Virus record (IMG/VR): IMGVR_UViG_3300021376_000041 | Span: 6,914-70,913 of that record | Strand: one strand, 5' to 3' | Origin: a virus | DNA length: 64,000 nt | In this document: in pieces, positions 17,279 to 27,188 of the stretch | Position numbering within the stretch: the stretch's first letter is position 1 | How the letters are laid out: every line of letters starts with the position of its first letter | Notes under the pieces: model-generated | The model's database searches: none | What the model saw: the letters and a program-made list of their open reading frames with translations, nothing else | Told to the model about the DNA's origin: nothing | Translations under genes and position numbers: made by a program

Positions 17279-18279
17279 TGAAAACAGCAATTATTACAGG
17301 TATTACTGGGCAAGATGGTAGCTATCTTGCAGAACTGCTTTTAGAAAAAAATTATAAAGTAGTTGGCCTTGTTCGTAGAAGTGCGATGGAAGACAAAAAG
17401 CTTTATAATATCCAACATCTTTTAAATAACTCTAATTTAATTATAGAAAATGGTGATTTAACCGATTCTCCATCTTTGTGGAGAGTTATAGGCAGTCATC
17501 AGCCCGATGAGTTTTATAATTTAGCAGCACAAAGTCATGTTGGCGCCTCCTTTACATCCCCAGAAAGTACTTTTCAAATAAATGCAACTGGCGTATTAAA
17601 TTGTTTAGAAGCGATAAGGGTACTTAAACGAAATACAAAGTTTTATCAAGCTTCTACTAGCGAAATGTTTGGCGATAATTCTAGCGCTCCTCAAGGAGAA
17701 GAAACACCCCTTTCTCCAGTTTCTCCATACGCTTGTGCAAAAGTAGCGGCACATCATTTAATAATAAATTATCGTAAAGCATATAATATATTTGCTTGCT
17801 CTGGTGTTCTTTTCAATCATGAAAGCCCAAGGCGTGGCGAACAGTTTGTTACGAGAAAGATCACAAAAGCAGCTGCCAGAATCAAGCTTGGTTTACAAAA
17901 AGAATTACGTCTTGGTAATCTTGAAGCAAAACGAGATTGGGGATATGCAAAAGAATATGTAGAAGGTATGTGGATGATGATGCAGCATCATGCGCCCGAC
18001 GATTACGTTCTAGGCACAGGAAAAACATACACTATTAAACAATTCATTGATTGCATAAGTGAAATAGCTGGTTATAATTTAATGCAATATGTTGTTATTG
18101 ATGATAAATATAAACGTCCTAGCGAGGTTCCGTTATTATTAGCTGATCCAACAAAAGCTAAAAAAGTCTTAGGCTGGGAGCCTAAAACCAATTTAAAACA
18201 ATTAGCAGAATTAATGTATAATTGTGATTTAGAAAAGGAAAAAATCTTAAAGGAGATTTTAGATGAACAAAAAAATTAA
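17278..18279 (+). CDS. gmd: GDP-mannose 4,6-dehydratase
   Basis: ITGITGQDGSYLAE, NLAAQSHV, YQASTSEMFG, SPYACAK, FNHESPRRG, RDWG; GTG start. Confidence 0.96.
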   Translation: MKTAIITGITGQDGSYLAELLLEKNYKVVGLVRRSAMEDKKLYNIQHLLNNSNLIIENGDLTDSPSLWRVIGSHQPDEFYNLAAQSHVGASFTSPESTFQINATGVLNCLEAIRVLKRNTKFYQASTSEMFGDNSSAPQGEETPLSPVSPYACAKVAAHHLIINYRKAYNIFACSGVLFNHESPRRGEQFVTRKITKAAARIKLGLQKELRLGNLEAKRDWGYAKEYVEGMWMMMQHHAPDDYVLGTGKTYTIKQFIDCISEIAGYNLMQYVVIDDKYKRPSEVPLLLADPTKAKKVLGWEPKTNLKQLAELMYNCDLEKEKILKEILDEQKN

Positions 18280-19752
18280 AATATTAACTCTTTCTGACCA
18301 TCCGTTAACCAGCCGGTAACAGCGGATATAAAACTGGGTGAATTGCTGGAAACTTTCATAAATAATTTCGCTACAGCATAGTTGGAAACGACAAGTGCAA
18401 AAGCCAAAAAGAAATTATTGAAACAATCAGCAGCCAAGTGCCTGTCTTGAAAAAGTGGCAAAGGTTCAGAGACTACGGTTAGCCTAAACATTTTATGTAT
18501 GGCAATGATCCGACAGCGCCCAGCACTTTAATAAGTGATGATATAGTCCAACAAAGTGTCACCATCTGGTGTAGGTAGTCAGTCCAACTACATCTTCCAA
18601 GGTCTGTTAAAAACAGGCAAATATCAAATTATTTCTTTAGGTGGTGCCATTAAACATCAAGACTATCGCCCTGTCAAGTTCCATGAATATGGCGATGATT
18701 TCGTGATTATCCCAGTTAATGGCTATGGAACGCCAGAATTAATTCGTACAATTTTAATGAAAGAAAAGCCTGATATCATTTGGATGATGACTGATCCAAG
18801 ATTTTATACGTGGTTATGGAATATGGAACAAGAGATTCGTCCTAATGTTCCAATTGTTTATTATCATGTGTGGGACAACTATCCATATCCTAAATTTAAT
18901 CGTGCATATTATCAATCGAATGACATGATAGCTACGATTTCTAAACTTACAAGCGATATTGTTAGGACAGTAGCACCAGAAGTCGAAGAACGTTATGTGC
19001 CACATGCGGTAAATCCAGATTTATTTAAGATTTTAGATGAAAAAGAATATGCACATTTACGTAATCCAAATAAAACACTTTTCTTCTGGACTAACAGAAA
19101 TGCCAGACGTAAAATGAGCGGCAGCGTTGTATGGTGGTATAAAGAATTTCTTGATAAAGTTGGACACGATAAAGCATTTTTGCTAATGCATACAGATCCT
19201 AAAGATCCTCATGGACAAGATCTTGTAGCAATTGCAGAAGAATTAGGCTTGACTAAAGAAAATTTTGCAATTTCTGCTGGTAAAGTTTCACAAGCGGAAA
19301 TGACTAAATTTTATAATGCTGCCGATTGTACAATAAACATCAGCGATGCAGAAGGCTTTGGTTTGTCATGTTTAGAAAGTCTTTCTTGCGGTACTCCTGT
19401 TATAGCTAATAAAACTGGTGGAATGCAAGATCAATTAACAGATGGTGTAGATACATATGGTGTTCTTATAGAACCTGCTAGTCGTGCAGTTATTGGCTCT
19501 CAAGAGGTACCATATATCTATGAAGATCGTGTTAGTAACAAAGATGTAGTTGAAGCGATGATTAAAATTCATAATATGTCACGCGAAGAACGTAAAGCGC
19601 TTGGTCGTAAGGGACATGACAATGTGCAAAAGAATTTTAATTTTGCAACTTTCCAAGAAACTTGGGATAAACTATTAACAGAAGTTCACGAAAAATGCGG
19701 TTCTTGGGAAACACGTAAAAATTATAAATCCCTAAGCGTAAAGGAATACTAA
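18263..19752 (+). CDS. GT4-family glycosyltransferase, intron-split: join(18263..18305,18557..19752), 412 aa
   Basis: AGGAG RBS; splicing restores KIKILTLSDHP-L-SPSGVG; NRNARRK and EGFGLSCLESLSCGTPVI GT4 motifs. Confidence 0.9.
18306..18556 (+). ncRNA. group I self-splicing intron (IA-like), 251 nt, no homing endonuclease ORF
   Basis: P1 AUCCGU/GCGGAU with U18305.G18322; core elements AATTGCTGGAAA, AATCAGCAG, TTCAGAGACTA, GATATAGTC; P3 CTGGGTG/CGCCCAG; P10 GGTAACA/TGTCACC; terminal G18556. Confidence 0.93.
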
Positions 19753-19753
19753 A

Positions 19754-21697
19754 ATGAAAAAAATTTTAATCTCTGGTCCTGTGTTGTCAAAATCTGGATA
19801 CGGAAAGATGTCTCAGTTTGCGTATCGTTCTCTAAAAGATAGAACTGATGTGGATTTATATATTATTCCAACTGCTTGGGGAAATACTGGTTGGCATTTT
19901 GAAGATAACGAAGAAAGACGCCACATTGATTCTCTTGTGGCAAAAACACAAACATATATTCAACAAAGCAATGGTCAGCCGCAATTTGATGTTGCAATTC
20001 AAATTTCTATTCCAAATGAATGGAAAAAGATGGCATCAATTAATATCGGTTATACTGCTGGTATTGAAACGAACCTTATATCTCCAACTTGGCTACAACC
20101 TTGTCAGCAAATGGATAAGATTATTGTTATCAGCGAACACGCTAAAGCTGGCTTTGTTAATACAATCTTTGGAAATCCGCAAGGACAGCAGTTTAAAGTT
20201 ACTACACCGGTAGAAGTAGTTCATTTACCTTATCAGGATGCCACTAAAAAGGCTCTAGAATTGGATTTAAGGCACGATTTCAACTTCTTGGCTGTATGTC
20301 AATGGGGACCAAGAAAAAACTTAGAACAGACTATTGTGGGCTTTATAGAAGAATTCCGCAAAGAAGAAGTTGGATTAGTATTAAAAATTAATTCTGCAAA
20401 TGATTCTATCATGGATAGAACGTATACCGGGAAACGTTTGGAACAGCTATTATCTGCTTATCCTGACCGTAAATGCACTGTTACATTAGTTCACGGTCAT
20501 TTAAGCGAAGGTGAAATGGAATCACTTTACGTTCATCCAAAGATTAAGGCAATTGTTTCTACAACTCACGGTGAAGGGTTTGGTTTACCATTGTTAGAAG
20601 CTGCCGCAAATGAACTTCCTGTGCTTGCAACTGATTGGAGTGGTCATACAGACTTCCTATACATGCCAGACGGAGAAGAAAAGAAGCGTATGTTTGGTAA
20701 GATTGATTATGACTTAAAACCTATCGAAGCAGCACATGTTTGGAAGGGTGTTCTAGAAGAAGGAACTCAATGGGCATTTCCAAAGACGGCATCTTATAAA
20801 GAAAAACTCCGTGATTGTTATAAAGATTATGGCCGCTATAAGTCACAAGCCAAAAAATTAGCTCCTTGGGTAAAAGAAAATTTTAATGAAAGTAAATTAG
20901 AAAATAAATTTTCTGTTTTATCTGCGGGAGAATTGCCAATACAAGTTAAAACAGAAGAATTGCCTTTGATTTCTATTTTTGCTTCAGTTTATAATTCTGA
21001 TGAATACATAGAACAATATTTAGATGATGTAACTAGACAGAGCATTTTTAAAGATAAATGTGAATTAATTCTTATTAATCCCAACTCTCCCGGTAATGAA
21101 GAAATAATTATTAAAAAATATATGGAAAAATATCCAAATATTAAATATATTAAATTGGATCACGATCCGGGTATTTATGATACTTGGAATCAAGCAATCA
21201 AATTATGTTCTGGCGAATACATAACAAATGCTAATTTAGATGATAGAAAATCTCCATTATCAATAGAAAAACACGCTAAAGCGCTTTTTTCTAATCCAAA
21301 TGTAGACTTGGTATATGCAGATAGTTATATTGTTACTGAATCTAATAAACGTTGGGAAGATATTAAAGAAGATACACAAAAATATAATTTTGAACAGTTT
21401 TCTCTAGATGCAATGTTAAGAGGCAATCCACCACATAATAATCCAATGTGGCGTAAGACTATGCATAATAAAAACGGTTGGTTCAACCAAAAATATAAAT
21501 CTGCTGCTGATTGGGATTTCTGGTTAAAATGCGCGTTTAATGGTTCAAAATACATGAAAATAAATGAAGTATTGGGTATTTATTATCACAATCCAAAAGG
21601 TATGTCTACCAATCCCGAAAATAGCTCTTGGAAGAGAGAAGAAGAAAAAGAAATATTTAAAAAATACATGAACATGTATCAGGAAAGAAATAAGTAA
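19754..21697 (+). CDS. GT4-GT2 fusion glycosyltransferase
   Basis: N-terminal GT-B (SGYG, GPRKN, GEGFGLPLLEA); C-terminal GT-A (SVYN, GIYDTWN, NLDD, ADWDFWL). Confidence 0.9.
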   Translation: MKKILISGPVLSKSGYGKMSQFAYRSLKDRTDVDLYIIPTAWGNTGWHFEDNEERRHIDSLVAKTQTYIQQSNGQPQFDVAIQISIPNEWKKMASINIGYTAGIETNLISPTWLQPCQQMDKIIVISEHAKAGFVNTIFGNPQGQQFKVTTPVEVVHLPYQDATKKALELDLRHDFNFLAVCQWGPRKNLEQTIVGFIEEFRKEEVGLVLKINSANDSIMDRTYTGKRLEQLLSAYPDRKCTVTLVHGHLSEGEMESLYVHPKIKAIVSTTHGEGFGLPLLEAAANELPVLATDWSGHTDFLYMPDGEEKKRMFGKIDYDLKPIEAAHVWKGVLEEGTQWAFPKTASYKEKLRDCYKDYGRYKSQAKKLAPWVKENFNESKLENKFSVLSAGELPIQVKTEELPLISIFASVYNSDEYIEQYLDDVTRQSIFKDKCELILINPNSPGNEEIIIKKYMEKYPNIKYIKLDHDPGIYDTWNQAIKLCSGEYITNANLDDRKSPLSIEKHAKALFSNPNVDLVYADSYIVTESNKRWEDIKEDTQKYNFEQFSLDAMLRGNPPHNNPMWRKTMHNKNGWFNQKYKSAADWDFWLKCAFNGSKYMKINEVLGIYYHNPKGMSTNPENSSWKREEEKEIFKKYMNMYQERNK

Positions 21698-21698
21698 T

Positions 21699-22574
21699 AT
21701 GGTTTTGTTTACTGTTACTAATAATGTTTTTGCACCATGCGTTTTTAACCTTATAGAAAGTTATAAACTTTATTCTTGTAATAAAGAAATATTTATAATT
21801 TATTATGATTTAAATGATGACTATATAAAGCTTTTTAAAAATAAATATGGCTCACAAGTCAATTTAATACCAGTAGAGAAGGAATGCGAGCATGCTTTTA
21901 ATTCAAGATTTTATTTTCCAAAAGCCTATGCTCTTAAAATAGCGCATAGTTTAAATAAGCCTTTTATGTTATCCGATGCTTCAAATGCTTTTTTGTATAA
22001 TACTTATGAATTAGAATATTTAGTTAAAGAAAAAAGTAGATTTTTTATTGAATATCCAACAGAAATATTTAAAAATAAATATTGGGCAACTAAAAAAAGT
22101 TTAGAAATAATGAAGTGCAATTCTGTACATCATAAAGAAGCACAATCCTATTGGTCTGGTTTTCATGCTTATGAGCCAACAGACGAAAATAAGCAAATGA
22201 TATTTGATCAATATAAATTAATGTTGAATTCTGATATAGCTGGTCCTTCAAATTTATTAAACAAACCAGATGGTAGCGATGCAGATTGCATTGCTCACAG
22301 AAACGATCAAACAGTTTTATCTTTAATGATAAATAAGTATGGCTTTAATCAAGCATTTAATATTGATAAATACAATAAATTTGGCGATCAGCAAACAGCC
22401 AAATTTATGTTACCAGATATATTTCGCAATTTTGACGAAAGAAAAATTTGTCTATATTCTAGATTTTCAAAAAATAATAATTTTAAATTTATTGATAATG
22501 ATCTAAAATCTAAATTAGAAAAAATTTTTGAAATGTATAATATAGATAGAAATACAGGTAAAATTATAAAATGA
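21699..22574 (+). CDS. putative glycosyltransferase (DUF1647-like GT-A)
   Basis: SDAS and HRNDQTVLSL motifs; lies in the glycan cluster. Confidence 0.6.
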   Translation: MVLFTVTNNVFAPCVFNLIESYKLYSCNKEIFIIYYDLNDDYIKLFKNKYGSQVNLIPVEKECEHAFNSRFYFPKAYALKIAHSLNKPFMLSDASNAFLYNTYELEYLVKEKSRFFIEYPTEIFKNKYWATKKSLEIMKCNSVHHKEAQSYWSGFHAYEPTDENKQMIFDQYKLMLNSDIAGPSNLLNKPDGSDADCIAHRNDQTVLSLMINKYGFNQAFNIDKYNKFGDQQTAKFMLPDIFRNFDERKICLYSRFSKNNNFKFIDNDLKSKLEKIFEMYNIDRNTGKIIK

Positions 22575-23335
22575 ATAATATAAAAGTTTTGCTTTCTTGT
22601 GATGATAATCCATTTTATTATAATTTTTGGAATGATGTTTCATATGTATGGAAACAAATATTTAATTTTGACCCGGTATTAATATATGTATCAGATGTTG
22701 AAAATAATAATCTTAGTAGTGCTAATGGACAAATAATTAGAGTTAATAAAATAGAAAATATTCCCACTTATCTACAAGCACAATTAGCAAGAGTATATTA
22801 TACTTCTCTTTATAAAAATGATGTCTGTATGTTATCTGATATAGACATGATACCTATTAACAAAAGTTTTTTTAATAAAGAAAAAATCTTAGAACATACT
22901 AAAGATAATTCTATGTTTCATTTGAATCCTACCCCAAGAGAGTTTGGTCAATATCCAATGTGTTATTACTGTGGCACAGGACAGGCATTTGCATTTGCTA
23001 CTAGTGATAAATCATGGGAAAATTTTATGAAAGAAGTAGTATCATGCAATTTTTCTGTTAACAAATTAAATTACAATCTTCCTTCGCATTTAAAAGGAAA
23101 AGATTTATGGTTTAGCGATGAATTATTTTTATATACAAAATTAAATCAAACAAAAACAAATATTAAAATAAATAATCAAATAATTAAAAGTTTTCAAAGA
23201 TTAGATAGAGAACAAATACTATCTTTAGATCATAAATCAATAAATAATTACATTGATTGTCACATGCCGCGCCCTTTTGATTTATATGAAAAACAAATTA
23301 ATTATATTATACATGGTATAGAAAATGCACAATGA
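22571..23335 (+). CDS. putative GT-A glycosyltransferase
   Basis: SDIDMIP (DxD), WFSDE, IDCHMPRP. Confidence 0.6.
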   Translation: MNNIKVLLSCDDNPFYYNFWNDVSYVWKQIFNFDPVLIYVSDVENNNLSSANGQIIRVNKIENIPTYLQAQLARVYYTSLYKNDVCMLSDIDMIPINKSFFNKEKILEHTKDNSMFHLNPTPREFGQYPMCYYCGTGQAFAFATSDKSWENFMKEVVSCNFSVNKLNYNLPSHLKGKDLWFSDELFLYTKLNQTKTNIKINNQIIKSFQRLDREQILSLDHKSINNYIDCHMPRPFDLYEKQINYIIHGIENAQ

Positions 23336-24128
23336 AGATTTTTTTAATACGATTATAGATAAAAAAGAATATATATGTGGCAATTCATTTATTGATATTT
23401 CTAATGGAAAGGATATATTATTCTGTAAAATAGACAATGTATCAGAACACTACGGAAAGCAAATTGACACCTTCATTACGCATAATGGTGATTATAGCGT
23501 AGATCAAAATGCCTATAATATTGGACCAAAGTGCAATAAATGGTATGGACAAAATAAAAATATAAATATGGAAAAGGTACTATCTATACCTATAGGATTA
23601 GAAAATTTTGAACCTGAATTTTCATTTAAAAGTAATTATGGCAGATATTCTACTATGCCACCGATGGGTTACCAAAAAAAAGAGTATATATCTTTTTTAT
23701 CATCCAACTGTAATGAACATAAAAATTTAATATATTTAAACTTTAATTCTACTACATTCCCTACAGAAAGAAATTATGTAAAAAGTTTATTTTTTAATGA
23801 ATCTTGGGTTACTAAAGAAAATAATGTTGATTGGAAAATATATTATAATTCATTAATAAATAGCAAATTTTGTTTTTCTCCACGCGGCAATGGTATTGAC
23901 TGTCATAGAACATGGGAAGCGCTATATTTAAGAACAATACCAATATTAAAAAAAGAATTTTATATGGAAGAATTTTCCGATCTTCCTATACTTTTTGTTG
24001 ATCATTGGTCGCAAATAAATGAAGATTTTTTAAATATAAGTTATGAACAAATGATAAAAAAACAGTATAATTTAGATAAATTAAAAATCTCATTTTGGAA
24101 AAGGCATATATTAAATGCCAATAATTAA
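23325..24128 (+). CDS. exostosin/GT47-like glycosyltransferase
   Basis: SKFCFSPRGNGIDCHRTWEALYLRTIPI. Confidence 0.75.
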   Translation: MHNEDFFNTIIDKKEYICGNSFIDISNGKDILFCKIDNVSEHYGKQIDTFITHNGDYSVDQNAYNIGPKCNKWYGQNKNINMEKVLSIPIGLENFEPEFSFKSNYGRYSTMPPMGYQKKEYISFLSSNCNEHKNLIYLNFNSTTFPTERNYVKSLFFNESWVTKENNVDWKIYYNSLINSKFCFSPRGNGIDCHRTWEALYLRTIPILKKEFYMEEFSDLPILFVDHWSQINEDFLNISYEQMIKKQYNLDKLKISFWKRHILNANN

Positions 24129-24897
24129 TTTTTGGTTCGGCAGATTAGGTAATAATATACAGCAACTTTCTAATGCTATATTTTATTCACAAAATAATAA
24201 TGTTAATTTTTCTTCTCCAATGCATCCATTTATAAAATGTTTTAGTATTATCAATGGCAAAGAAGATGATTTTAGTTCAAGATTCTTTTTTTATAACGGT
24301 TCACAAAAAGATTTTGAATGTGATGAAGAATTGTTAAATAAAGCTAGAAGAGATATATGTTTAAAATACATAACGCCTAATTTAAATATATCGTTTGAAA
24401 AACCATTTTCTGACGATACATTAGTTATACATCTTAGATCTGGTGACGTTTTTATATCTAATCCACCTTCTACTTATACTCAAAACCCACTTTCTTTTTA
24501 TAAAAAAATAATAAAAAACTTTAAAAAAATTATAATAGTTAGTGAAGACAATAAACATCCACTACTTCAAGAATTATTAAAAGAAGAGAACGTTTCTTAT
24601 CAATCATCGAGTATATCAGACGATTTTTCTACATTAATAAGAGCAAAACATTTAGCTACTTCAGGGGTTGGTACGTTTTCTATAGCAGCTGCTCTTTGTT
24701 CAATAAATTTAAAAAAACTCTATTGTTCTGATATATTTTGTAACGAACATTTAAATCCTACAATGTTGCTTAACAGCGATATAGAAGTTGAAATGTATAA
24801 TATATCAAATTATATAAAAATTGGCGATTGGAAAAACACAATTGAACAAAGAAAAATTATGCTTGAACATGAGATAAAATATGTTAATACCTTATAA
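24115..24897 (+). CDS. GT11/fucosyltransferase-like glycosyltransferase
   Basis: GRLGNNIQQ, VIHLRSGD, SED, DF...GTFS motifs of GDP-fucose-using enzymes. Confidence 0.65.
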   Translation: MPIINFWFGRLGNNIQQLSNAIFYSQNNNVNFSSPMHPFIKCFSIINGKEDDFSSRFFFYNGSQKDFECDEELLNKARRDICLKYITPNLNISFEKPFSDDTLVIHLRSGDVFISNPPSTYTQNPLSFYKKIIKNFKKIIIVSEDNKHPLLQELLKEENVSYQSSSISDDFSTLIRAKHLATSGVGTFSIAAALCSINLKKLYCSDIFCNEHLNPTMLLNSDIEVEMYNISNYIKIGDWKNTIEQRKIMLEHEIKYVNTL

Positions 24898-25507
24898 AAA
24901 AATAATAGAAAAATATAATTTAAATATCAAAAATATATTACATATAGGCGCTCATAACGCTGAAGAAAAAGATGATTATTTTGATAATGGATGTAAAAAA
25001 GTAATTTGGGTTGAAGCAAATCCCCAGCTAATAGAAAATTTGTCAAAGACAATTAAAGATGATAATAACATTATTTTAGAAGCCATAATATCTAATATTG
25101 ATAATAAAGAAATAAATTTTAATTTAACAATTAACGGTCAATCTTCTTCTATTTTAAATCTTGGTTTACATAAAAATTTATTTCCTGATATTGTAGTTAA
25201 TAAAACAATTTGTACAAAGACAATTACAATTAAAACTCTTTTTGAACAAAATAAGCTAAGTATTAAAGATATAGATTTTATAAATCTTGATATACAAGGG
25301 GCAGAATTATTAGCTCTTCAGGGAATTGGTGATGAATTAGAAAACGTGAAAGCGATTTTTACTGAAATAAATACTGATTATGTATATGAAAACTGTGCGC
25401 TTGTGGAACAAATAGATTATTTTCTTTCTTTATATAGCTTTAATAGAGTAGAAACAGTAATGTGGTGTGATCATCCTTGGGGCGATGCTTTGTATGTGAA
25501 ACAATAA
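24881..25507 (+). CDS. FkbM-family methyltransferase
   Basis: HIGAH, VEANP, SSSIL, LDIQGAEL, WGDALY. Confidence 0.9.
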   Translation: MLIPYKKIIEKYNLNIKNILHIGAHNAEEKDDYFDNGCKKVIWVEANPQLIENLSKTIKDDNNIILEAIISNIDNKEINFNLTINGQSSSILNLGLHKNLFPDIVVNKTICTKTITIKTLFEQNKLSIKDIDFINLDIQGAELLALQGIGDELENVKAIFTEINTDYVYENCALVEQIDYFLSLYSFNRVETVMWCDHPWGDALYVKQ

Positions 25508-25574
25508 AATAAATAAACACGTTCTATACGATAACAATAACAACATAAATGCTTTTTGGCTTTATACAAGTTAT

Positions 25575-25643
25575 TATAATTTAGAAAAATTAAAAATCTT
25601 ATTTTGGAAGAAAACAATCCTAGGAAATTATTATGACAAATGA
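25575..25643 (+). pseudogene. 3' remnant of a GT47-like gene
   Basis: 33/35 nt identical to 24066-24100; encodes YNLEKLKILFWK versus YNLDKLKISFWK. Confidence 0.6.
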
Positions 25644-26202
25644 TCCATTCGCTACCCATCAACCAGTGTTAAAAAAAATTTTATCTATTTTAGATAAAAA
25701 TAAACCAATTCTTGAATTAGGATGTGGTCATGGCAGTACGCCGTTGCTACACGACTTTTCTACATCGCATCAAGTTGAAATATATACATTTGATAATAAT
25801 GAAGAATGGTTAAATATTATTTCTTCACAATATAAATCTCATAAATATCATAATTATATAAAAGTGAACGATTGGAATATTGAGTTAAAAGAATATTTAA
25901 AATATGATTGGTCATTAGTATTTATTGATCAAGCACCGTGGGAAGCCAGAACGTTATCTTTAGAGCTTTTTAAAAATAAAACTGATTATGTAATTTTACA
26001 TGATTGTGATTATTTTCCGGCTAATAATGTTTTTGGAAAACAATATAGTCCAATAATTTCTTCGCTATCAACTGGCCATAGAGATTATTCTGATATATTA
26101 AAATATTATGTAGAATATTTTCCTAAACACTTTGCTTCCCCTAGTGGTCCACCAACCCTTTTAGGAAGCCAATATAATAAAATAGATTTTTTAATAGAAT
26201 AA
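25633..26202 (+). CDS. class I SAM-dependent methyltransferase
   Basis: ILELGCGHGST, VFIDQ, VILHD. Confidence 0.75.
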   Translation: MTNDPFATHQPVLKKILSILDKNKPILELGCGHGSTPLLHDFSTSHQVEIYTFDNNEEWLNIISSQYKSHKYHNYIKVNDWNIELKEYLKYDWSLVFIDQAPWEARTLSLELFKNKTDYVILHDCDYFPANNVFGKQYSPIISSLSTGHRDYSDILKYYVEYFPKHFASPSGPPTLLGSQYNKIDFLIE

Positions 26203-26252
26203 TATATGCTATCAACTATTAATTATTGATATAAAACAATGGAAATAAAATT

Positions 26253-27188
26253 ATGAAAATTATAACCGGCGGTTCTGGTTTACTTGGCAATGCGTTTAAA
26301 AAATTAACTCCTAATGCTCTTTTCCCAACTCATAAAGAACTTGATTTAGTAAATAAAAATAATACTCAAGAGTATTTTGATAAATTTGCAGCTAGTGTTG
26401 ATACAATAATCCATTTAGCAGGAAAAGTTGGCGGCGTAAAAGCCAATACGCAATATGTATCAGATTTTTATGAAGTTAATTCTGCTATTAACAACAATCT
26501 TATTACTACATGTGTAAAAAATAAAATTCCTACGCTCGTTTGTTGCTTATCAACTTGTATTTATCCAGATGAAAAATATATTAACTATCCATTGACAGAA
26601 GAACAATTACATAATGGTCCACCGCATGATTCAAATTTTGGCTATGCTTATGCTAAACGAATGGTTGATATACAATTAAAGGCAGTGAGACAACAGTACG
26701 GTTATGATTATATAGCAGTAATACCAAATAATATGTATGGCGAACATGATAATTTTGATTTAGAAAATGGTCATGTTATACCTTCTTTAATACGTAAGAT
26801 TTGGGAAGCAAAAATAAATAACAAACCAACATTTGAAGTTTGGGGCGATGGAGAGATATATCGTGAATTTACTTACGCAGAAGATATTGCTAAAGTTATA
26901 TTATTTTGCATAGATAAATATAATAGTTCAGAACCAATTAATATTGGAAGCACACAAGAGTATAAATTAAAAGATGTTATAGAAATTATTACTAAAGAGT
27001 TAAACTATAAAGGTAATATAGTTTTCGATACATCAAAACCAAAAGGACAAATTCGCAAACCAACAAGCAATAAAAAATTATTAGATCTTGGATGGAAAAA
27101 TGAATGGTATACGCCATTAGAAGTTGGTTTGAAAAAAACCTGTGATTGGTTTGTAAATAATTATCCTAATGTTAGAGGAGTTAAATAA
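26253..27188 (+). CDS. fcl: GDP-L-fucose synthase
   Basis: TGGSGLLG, HLAGKVGG, STCIYP, YAYAKR, NMYGEHDNF, HVIPSL, WGDG..REF. Confidence 0.92.
   Translation: MKIITGGSGLLGNAFKKLTPNALFPTHKELDLVNKNNTQEYFDKFAASVDTIIHLAGKVGGVKANTQYVSDFYEVNSAINNNLITTCVKNKIPTLVCCLSTCIYPDEKYINYPLTEEQLHNGPPHDSNFGYAYAKRMVDIQLKAVRQQYGYDYIAVIPNNMYGEHDNFDLENGHVIPSLIRKIWEAKINNKPTFEVWGDGEIYREFTYAEDIAKVILFCIDKYNSSEPINIGSTQEYKLKDVIEIITKELNYKGNIVFDTSKPKGQIRKPTSNKKLLDLGWKNEWYTPLEVGLKKTCDWFVNNYPNVRGVK

Noticed and set aside
18276-18491. Minus-strand 71-aa ORF as an intron-encoded protein
   Set aside because: Antisense to the ribozyme core, with no endonuclease motifs
18556-19752. Independent gene starting at GTG 18556
   Set aside because: No RBS; it is exon 2 of the intron-split gene starting at 18263
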